A stretch of 64,000 nt of DNA from the NCBI GenBank assembly GCA_964468725.1, contig CAYXVU010000003.1, positions 3,681 to 67,680 on the forward strand, given 5' to 3'. Numbering within the stretch: the first letter of the stretch is position 1; each line of letters starts with the position of its first letter. Shown piece after piece: positions 57,484-64,000 of this stretch. Under the pieces are notes generated by a model. That model saw only the letters and a list, made by a program, of their open reading frames with translations. It did no database searches and had not been told where the DNA came from. Origin of the DNA: an uncultured Clostridia bacterium (lineage in GTDB: Bacteria; Acidobacteriota; Blastocatellia; UBA7656). The translations under genes were made by a program, and so were the position numbers.

Positions 57484-57642
57484 AGGATTGAGCTTGTAAC
57501 GTTATTTTTATGTATAGCGTATTCCGTCTCTAGGGCAAGCTGTCGAGGCGTCAGAACTCTTGATCGCAAAGGTGCAAAGGGAGTAAGGGAGACGACAACG
57601 CGACGGCTCGGTTTCGTTGCGATTTTGAAGTGTGGATGTGAT

Positions 57643-59184
57643 ATGTCGAAAAGAAAGATTGTGAAGCGCATCAAGGTTACGGTCATCGCTTTGGTGATGA
57701 GTGTCGCGGCGGGCTACTGGTCGTTATCGCGCCCGGCTGCGGCGAGCGAAGCGGCACAAGGGCGAGGCCGCGTTGAGTTCGTTGCCATCTCGACACCGAT
57801 GAACGAACGCTTTGGAGTAGATGACGGCGCGTCGCTGGTGGTGCATTTCAGCAGCAGCATTCATGGCAATCTGGAACCGTGTGGCTGAAAAGAGCCGCGA
57901 CTCGGCGGACTGGCGCGGCGCGTCAGCTACATAAAAGCGTTTCAAGAGAAGTTCAAAGGGCTACCAACACTGGCAGCGGATGCGGGTTATTACTTTGCCG
58001 ATGAGCGCAGTCAGCACGGCGAGTTGCGCGCCGACGTGACGGAGAAGAATCAACACGTCATGCGCGCTTACGAGCAGTTCCAAGTGGACGCGCTCAATAT
58101 GACGCCGCGCGACTTGCCATTTTTCGCACGCGTGATGACCCCGGCCTTTGCGGCTGCGAACCCTACGGATGCCGCATTCTTCAAGCGCGTCATATCGGCA
58201 AATATCACAACGGCTTCGACCGACCGCATCGCGCCGCAACGATTCATCGTGCGCGAAATCGCAGACCGCAATGCCAACGCGAAATCGAAATCGTTCAAAG
58301 TCGCTTTTGTCGGATTTAGCGAAGCCGCAGGCGACTTGCCCGCTGGATTCAGCATCGCCGACCCCGTTACCACTGCACGCGCAGTTGTTCCCGAAGCGCG
58401 ACGCAGCGCCGACTTTGTCATCGCTCTTGCCTATGTCACACCGGAGACTGCGACTCGACTGGCGCGCGAGGTGCAAGGCATAGATGCCATCATCGTTTGC
58501 CATCCGATGGCGAATGAAACCCTTTTCACTGCGCCGATGCAATTCGGACAGACGCAAGTCTTGTTCGCTTCGTTTGAAACGCGTATGCTCGGCGAGTTGT
58601 ATATCTATCGTGACGCGCAGGGTAAGTTCTCGACCAAAGCGCGATTCATCTCCATTGATCCGCTCGTCCCGGATGATGCGATTGCGGCTCAAACAGCCGC
58701 CGCAGCAACGAACGCCGAAAGCGAAAAGCGACAAGGGTTGAAAACGGTATTGGAAAACTGGCTGGCGCAGACGCGTCTGAGAAGAAGACCGGAAACCAAT
58801 GCAACATCTGAAGCGACGCTGCAGTACGTCACTGCCGGAGCCTGCGCGCAATGCCATACGGAGCAGTACATCAAATGGTCAGCGACCAAGCATGCACACA
58901 CGACCGACCCGCTGGTGGCGAAATCATACGAGTTCGATGCCGATTGTCTGGCTTGTCACGCAAGCGGTTGGGATCAGACGAAGGCTTTCAACATCGCCGA
59001 CCTTCCCAAGTTGCAGCAAGTTCAGTGTGAGCAATGTCACGGCGCAGGGAGCGAGCATGCGGCTAAACCGGCCAAAGGCTACGGTCGCGTGAGCAATTGG
59101 CAAGCCGTTTGCACAGCCTGCCACACTGCGAAGATCAGTCCGAATTTTAATGCCCGGACTGCATGGGAGAAGATTAAACACTAA
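57643..59184 (+). CDS. Fusion of a degenerate 5'-nucleotidase/metallophosphoesterase-like domain with a C-terminal tetrahaem cytochrome c, interrupted by one in-frame TGA at 57889..57891 (selenocysteine, readthrough, sequencing error or pseudogene)
   Basis: The two ORFs 57625..57888 and 58024..59184 are in the same frame. The translation is continuous and homology-consistent across the TGA (...HGNLEPCG*KEPRLGGLARRVSYIKAF...). The C-terminus has CAQCH, CLACH, CEQCH and CTACH. Confidence 0.45.
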
Positions 59185-59320
59185 GGCTGCTGACCAGTTG
59201 AAGGTCGAAGGTTTGCAGGTCGAAGGTTGAAAGTTAGCGGCGGAGGCTTGGCCTTGCCTGCGGCAGGTGAGCAGGTCGCCGCCCGCGTTCTCTCGGTATC
59301 ATCCCATCACCTCTTCGGCG

Positions 59321-59445
59321 GAGGAATTCAAGAATTCAGCATTCAAGAATTCAGCAGGGGAAATCATGCGGCTTCGCCGTTTCCCTATTCATCCTGAATT
59401 CCTCCTGAATTCCTCGAATTCCCTGAATTCTCTGAATTTCTCCCC
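59321..59445. repeat. Low-GC block of direct and inverted tandem repeats built on GAATTC-containing units (seven EcoRI sites in ~110 bp) between convergent genes
   Basis: GGAGGAATTCAAGAATTCAGCATTCAAGAATTCAGCAGG ... CCTGAATTCCTCCTGAATTCCTCGAATTCCCTGAATTCTCTGAATTTC. The left and right halves are reverse complements of each other. Confidence 0.7.
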
Positions 59446-59519
59446 TCATCCCTTCATCCGCTCATACCCTCATCCCATTTGTGCCTTTGCGTTTCTCCTC
59501 TCAACTTTTGGCCTACGAA

Positions 59520-61229
59520 CTACTGTTTCTCCCTTAACTTTTCGAGCATCGCTGCCGCATTTTGATTGGCAGGGTTTAAGTGTAGCGATTTCTCATAGTG
59601 TCGGATGGCTGCCGCTTTGTCGCCATTGAGCATGCAGGCTTCGCCGAGACTGTCATAGACATCGGCTGAGTGAGGATAGGCTTCGGCGTTGAGTGCAAAT
59701 ACGACAAGTGCATCGCCGATTTTTTTCTCTTCGAGAAGCCGATAGCCTAATGAGTTCATCATACTCTCTCTGAAAAAGGAGAGCTGCGACGTGCGCTTTT
59801 TTTGCTGGCGATAGCGCGCGATGGCCGCTTGTGCGCCGTTTTGTAAAACTGCTTGGCTGAACTCCGATTCCCGACGATAGAGTGCCGGTAAGTCTGCAAG
59901 CGAGCTTTGTAGCTGCGCTGCCGTTAGCCACTCGCCGCGCACCATCACGCCTGCGAGTCGCTTCAAGGCTGTAACATCGTGCAGAGGATTTGTATCGGTC
60001 AACAACAAATCTGCGCGTTTGCCAACGCTGATAGTGCCGAACTCCGACAATTTGCCGAGCGTTTCTGCGGCATTGCGAGTTGCCGCGCTAATGGCTTCAA
60101 GGGGGCTCAGACCGCAAGCGACGAGATTTTGCAATTCTTCGTGAAGCGAGAAACCGGGAATGACAAAGGGCACGCTGCCGCCATAGCCGCCCGCATCGCT
60201 GCCCGCAAGGATTCGCACCCCCGCATCATGCAACGCTGTTACGAGCCGCCTTTGAAAGGCTAGTCGCTGCTGAAATTTCGGAACCTGATCGGGTTTGATG
60301 CGACGACGGTAGCTGTTGCGCTCTGGCCCCCAATCTCTCACTATCGAGGCATCAAGATATTGCAATTCCGGTTTTTTCATGAGCAGATCAATGTCGCCGA
60401 TCTGTTTGGTGATGTAATCATAAGTGACCAGCGTCGGCGTGACGGCGGTTCCGGCTGCGCGCGTGGCGCGGGCGATGTAAGGAATCTGCGAATCGTCGTC
60501 AGTTTTGAAATTGAAAAAGGTATAGATGTACTCCTCCGCGTGATCTATGGAAGTCTGTCCGGCTTTCAATTGGTCTTCCAATTTGATTGAGCGAACGCCA
60601 TGTCCTGTGACGGCAAGCCCTAAGCGTTTGGCCGCGTTGACGATGCCCGCGAAGGCTTCGGGCGTAAGCCCGCTGTAGGCTTTGATGAAGTCGTAACCCG
60701 CGCGCTTTTGCGCTTCGACCGAACGCTCGGCCTCTTCGCGGGTTTTAACGATGGCGATATTACTGCCTTCCTCAGACCCGCTTTCCATGATTGGGCCGGA
60801 GGTGTAGAACATTGGGGCTAACAATTGCCCACTGGCGATCTGCCTACGCCAGTCGAGGTGAAACGGCTCACCGCTCATATTGCGAACGGTGGTCACGCCA
60901 TTGGCAAGATAGAGTAAAAAATCTACCTTATCGAGAATGTGTATATGCATGTCGGCAAGACCGGGCAGTAAAAATTTACTGCGCCCGTCAATGCGCCGCG
61001 CACCTCTCGGAATTTTGACAGAGGCCGCCGTCCCGATCTTTTGAATGCGACCGTCAGCAACGATGACGGTTTGGTTCTCCAACACGCGCTCGTCCTCCAT
61101 CGTAATCAGGTTCACGTGGACGAAGGCTGTGAGGCGTGGGTTGACGGCTTGTTCAGTTGCGAAGATCGCAAGGGGCGAAGATATGAGGCATAGCAAAACG
61201 GCGAGCGCCATCACAGGGCTCGCTTTCAT
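59520..61229 (-). CDS. Secreted amidohydrolase-family protein with C-terminal TPR repeats
   Basis: Signal peptide. N-terminal beta-sandwich, then the metal-binding motif ADMHIHILD. C-terminal TPR-like helices. Confidence 0.7.
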   Translation of the reverse strand: MKASPVMALAVLLCLISSPLAIFATEQAVNPRLTAFVHVNLITMEDERVLENQTVIVADGRIQKIGTAASVKIPRGARRIDGRSKFLLPGLADMHIHILDKVDFLLYLANGVTTVRNMSGEPFHLDWRRQIASGQLLAPMFYTSGPIMESGSEEGSNIAIVKTREEAERSVEAQKRAGYDFIKAYSGLTPEAFAGIVNAAKRLGLAVTGHGVRSIKLEDQLKAGQTSIDHAEEYIYTFFNFKTDDDSQIPYIARATRAAGTAVTPTLVTYDYITKQIGDIDLLMKKPELQYLDASIVRDWGPERNSYRRRIKPDQVPKFQQRLAFQRRLVTALHDAGVRILAGSDAGGYGGSVPFVIPGFSLHEELQNLVACGLSPLEAISAATRNAAETLGKLSEFGTISVGKRADLLLTDTNPLHDVTALKRLAGVMVRGEWLTAAQLQSSLADLPALYRRESEFSQAVLQNGAQAAIARYRQQKKRTSQLSFFRESMMNSLGYRLLEEKKIGDALVVFALNAEAYPHSADVYDSLGEACMLNGDKAAAIRHYEKSLHLNPANQNAAAMLEKLREKQ

Positions 61230-61388
61230 TTTGCAAAAGCCCGCAGAACGATTGCAGCGAACAGACGAGTTCTTCATTCGGCACCTCGAAAAAGGAATAG
61301 TCTTGAATTGGCTCGGTTGCGTCGTGGGGGACTGCACCGCCGAGACGCAGAGAGGTCAAGTCAGCTTAAAGAAAGATGCAATAAAAGG

Positions 61389-63539
61389 TCACTCCGGTCT
61401 TCTGATTGTCTGAGGAACTTCAATCCACTCTTCCCGCGTGTTAATGCGCGAATTCATTGAACCCCAAACACTGCCGTCTTCAAATTCTACCCCGATGATT
61501 TGTACACGCATGTCGGTCGCCTTGCCGGAAAGATAGAGCGACGGTTTCGGGCGATAGACGAAGGGCGAGTGCGGTTCGATAGTGGCGCGAAACGCATTCA
61601 CCGCATGTTCGTCCGTCTTCGTTTTGAACCTGATCTTCAGGGCGACGATACGCTGCGCCGTTGTGTTGATGAGGGTGACCGTTGGCAAATACGCGGTATT
61701 CGAATCCGGCAAAAAGTTGTTTGCGGCGCGGAGAATGATCGGCGTTATGGCTTCGCGGATGACGAGTGGAGCGCCCGTCGAGTTGAGGTAATAGGCAGGC
61801 GCGTATTCAACCCGATCATGAGCGAGCAGCCCTATCGGTAAGGACGAAGGCGGCTCAGTTGGTGGCGCTTCGTTGGCGCTTGGCGTGGCGGTCACCTCTG
61901 TGGAACCCGGCGGTGCATCGGGTGCAGCCGACGCGATGGCAGGCGTATTTTCATTATATGGCACGTTGCCCCATGTGCTGCCGTCATCAAACCGCACGCC
62001 AACGATCTGCGTATGAATGGCTTTAGGAGCGCGTTTGACGGTGTTCCACCATTGGCGTTCGTTGGGTCGTAATACAAAAGAGGCGTTCGGCAAGATGCGA
62101 ACGGGGAAGCCGACAATATCCCGGGCTTCGGAACTGATCGTCAATTGTAAGCGCAGAAAATTGATTGGCCGACCCGAAGTGTTTTGTAGAGCGACAACGG
62201 GAGCGGTGACCAACTCCAGATTATCTCCAATGGGGACGACTTTGATCTTTGAATCCATGATGATGAGCGGCGCATCGTCTGCATTCTTGAATTTGGTTGG
62301 CACGAATTCGGCTGCCGAGACTTGTCGCCAAAGGTCATCGCGCTCTTCTTGAGAGAGAACCGGTTGCCCTTGCGCTTGCGGGGTTGAGGCTCCAGCCAGT
62401 ACGGGAGCTGTTTGCTCGGTCGGCTGGACAACAGAGGCTGTAACTGCCGAACGGGGGGGCTGCGCGAAGGCGGCATCGGAATGAAAAAACGTCGCTGCAA
62501 GCGTGAGCGTCAGCGCGATGAGGGCAATGAAAGCCATGACCGCCCGATGCACACGCGTGTGGGAAGGAAGACCGCCAGCGGACAAGATGAGTTCAATGCG
62601 CTTTTGCAAATTCGATCCGGTTGCGGACGATACCCCTGCAACTTTCCATCCCAAGCAAAAGCGCATCACTTTCAGCAGACTCGTTGCATAGGTTTTCGCT
62701 TCTGTGCCGAAGGCCAACACCCGTTCATCACAAACACACTCGCGTTCGGTGAGGAGTTTGCGATCAAGAACCCAAATGAGCGGGTGAAACCAAAAGAGGC
62801 AACACAACAGCATTTGCAGATTCGCCGCCAGATTATCCTGCCGCGCAATATGAATCAGTTCATGCAACAACACAGCGGCGAGTTCTGCTTCGTTCAACTG
62901 TTCAGCCATCCTCTCCGGCAACACAATGACCGGCTTGCAGGTGCGCCACACGACCGGTTCGATGATAACCGACGAGATGACAAGTCCGACCGCGCGACGA
63001 AGACCGACTTGGCTCTGTAATTGACGCAAGAGATCAAACTCTTTTCCGGCGGTTATGCAGGTGGCGGATTGGATGATCCGTGCAAAGCGCCGCCGCCGTA
63101 CCTGCCAGCGAACCAACCAAAAGGCGCACCCAGTCAGCCATAAGATCGTCAAGGCGCAACTCCATTCGCTATGCCCGCGTGCTGTGGCAAACTCAGAAGC
63201 CGGAGGGGCGGGAGGTGGCATCGGCAGAGGTTGCAAAACCGGCTCGGCCAGTTGTGAAAATGCCGGTGTTGAAAGGGGAGGCGAACTGCTCAGGGTGAAA
63301 GCAGCAGGGATATCCCATCCTGCCAGCCCTGCAAGCGATACGAGGAGTGCAGATGGAATGACGAATTTGGCCGAGACCATTAGCCAGATGCCGTAACGGG
63401 TGTTGGCAGAACCCGTCTTGATGCACGCAACGGCGATCCGGGCAATGAAAAAAAAGAGCGTCGCTTGCCAGAGGTGATTGACCATAACCGGCCACCCATG
63501 CGACGACCAGACGTACAGCAGTTCATGCGCATCCATCAA
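61389..63539 (-). CDS. BlaR1/MecR1-like M56 peptidase-domain signal transducer with a large extracytoplasmic C-terminal region
   Basis: N-terminus ...NHLWQATLFF... followed by 4 TM helices. HELIH zinc motif. Overlaps blaI-like by ATGA. Confidence 0.7.
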   Translation of the reverse strand: MMDAHELLYVWSSHGWPVMVNHLWQATLFFFIARIAVACIKTGSANTRYGIWLMVSAKFVIPSALLVSLAGLAGWDIPAAFTLSSSPPLSTPAFSQLAEPVLQPLPMPPPAPPASEFATARGHSEWSCALTILWLTGCAFWLVRWQVRRRRFARIIQSATCITAGKEFDLLRQLQSQVGLRRAVGLVISSVIIEPVVWRTCKPVIVLPERMAEQLNEAELAAVLLHELIHIARQDNLAANLQMLLCCLFWFHPLIWVLDRKLLTERECVCDERVLAFGTEAKTYATSLLKVMRFCLGWKVAGVSSATGSNLQKRIELILSAGGLPSHTRVHRAVMAFIALIALTLTLAATFFHSDAAFAQPPRSAVTASVVQPTEQTAPVLAGASTPQAQGQPVLSQEERDDLWRQVSAAEFVPTKFKNADDAPLIIMDSKIKVVPIGDNLELVTAPVVALQNTSGRPINFLRLQLTISSEARDIVGFPVRILPNASFVLRPNERQWWNTVKRAPKAIHTQIVGVRFDDGSTWGNVPYNENTPAIASAAPDAPPGSTEVTATPSANEAPPTEPPSSLPIGLLAHDRVEYAPAYYLNSTGAPLVIREAITPIILRAANNFLPDSNTAYLPTVTLINTTAQRIVALKIRFKTKTDEHAVNAFRATIEPHSPFVYRPKPSLYLSGKATDMRVQIIGVEFEDGSVWGSMNSRINTREEWIEVPQTIRRPE

Positions 63540-63973
63540 CTCGGTTTTCCTTTCCGGGGGGCGCCGCTTGGCTGATTCTTTGTCGGCTTCTGAGGCTGGG
63601 GTTTCGCCGGTTCGCTTTCCAGTTGTGCCAAGGTGCTTTCCAGTTCGCGCACATTTTCTAATGTCAAATGCCCTGATTCGATCAGATGAGACATCAGCGG
63701 GCGCGCCGAACCGCCAAGCAAATCAAGCAGATCGGTAATCAGTCGGCGATGTACCGATTGACGGGTGATTAGCGGTTCGAAGATATAAGCGTTGCCAATC
63801 TTCTTCGTGCGCCGCACTGCCCCCTTGTCTTCCAACCGATAGACGATTGTTTGGACGGTGGTATAGGCTGGTCGGCGCTTTTGCGGCAACAACTCTTGTA
63901 CTTCTCTGACCGACGCGCTGCCTGCTTGCCACAAGGCATCCATGATCTCCATCTCCAATTTTGTCAGCTTCAT
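63536..63973 (-). CDS. BlaI/MecI/CopY-family transcriptional repressor
   Basis: MKLTKLEMEIMDALW...TVQTIVYRLEDKG, a winged-helix penicillinase-repressor signature. 145 aa. Confidence 0.85.
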   Translation of the reverse strand: MKLTKLEMEIMDALWQAGSASVREVQELLPQKRRPAYTTVQTIVYRLEDKGAVRRTKKIGNAYIFEPLITRQSVHRRLITDLLDLLGGSARPLMSHLIESGHLTLENVRELESTLAQLESEPAKPQPQKPTKNQPSGAPRKGKPS

Positions 63974-64000
63974 ATTCGCTTCCTTGCTCTAACCATCCTT

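Noticed and set aside
57961-58857. 298-aa ORF antisense to the cytochrome c fusion gene
   Set aside because: Highly Arg/Cys-rich and low-complexity. It is the mirror frame of a gene with clear haem motifs.
1-64000. Scan for tRNA/rRNA genes, CRISPR repeats, IS elements or integrases
   Set aside because: None was found. There are no T-loop GTTCGAATC-like motifs in intergenic regions, no spaced direct-repeat arrays and no transposase or integrase ORFs.

Overview
This is a GC-rich (~60%) bacterial chromosomal window. It is most plausibly from an Acidobacterium. Evidence for that: a 'VWFA-related acidobacterial domain'-type secreted protein, BlaI/BlaR1-like pairs, amidohydrolase-TPR lipoproteins, MglA/roadblock-style GTPase modules, and an outer-membrane beta-barrel protein. 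No rRNA, tRNA, CRISPR array or obvious mobile element was seen.

The dominant feature is a tightly coupled plus-strand operon at ~7.5-19.9 kb. Successive genes overlap by ATGA start/stop junctions or sit within 1-5 nt. Its genes, in order, are:
- an Rrf2 (NsrR/IscR-like) regulator;
- a GltD-like FAD/NAD(P)H oxidoreductase fused to a 2x[4Fe-4S] ferredoxin;
- a Tat-exported Rieske protein;
- a long cytochrome b;
- a membrane-anchored heptaheme cytochrome c;
- a 1147-aa Tat-exported molybdopterin catalytic subunit of the type II DMSO-reductase family (NarG/NxrA-like), whose N-terminal cluster motif is C-X3-D-X3-C-X39-C;
- a four-cluster ferredoxin beta subunit;
- an ethylbenzene-dehydrogenase-gamma-like haem b subunit;
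- a TorD/NarJ-like chaperone.

This looks like a periplasmic Nar/Nxr-type module hard-wired to a Rieske/cytochrome b complex. I take this to be the novel system in the window.

Downstream of that operon lies a nitrogen-oxide theme: a YtfE/RIC di-iron repair protein, an FNR-type regulator with an N-terminal Cys cluster, a hemerythrin, and nrfHA (pentaheme nitrite reductase with an all-CxxCH haem set).

Other content:
- a minus-strand signalling operon: DUF4388 protein, two roadblock/LC7 proteins, a GTPase-linker-kinase-like fusion, and a metallophosphoesterase;
- CapA and a PAS-LuxR regulator;
- a beta-helix lipoprotein paired with a dihaem cytochrome c lipoprotein;
- a VIT1 iron transporter;
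- secreted hypotheticals, UPF0016, MgtC/DUF4010, PP2C, and cystathionine gamma-lyase/synthase;
- an ABC module flanked by large membrane proteins;
- DinB, MoxR-DUF58, CrcB, PPK2, an M20 peptidase, an S1 protease, AraC, and an alpha/beta hydrolase;
- a 5'-nucleotidase-like/multihaem cytochrome c fusion interrupted by an in-frame TGA;
- an amidohydrolase-TPR protein, and a BlaR1/BlaI pair.

Non-coding oddities include an EcoRI-site-rich inverted tandem-repeat block, several perfect long palindromic hairpins, and a 480-nt structured intergenic region.
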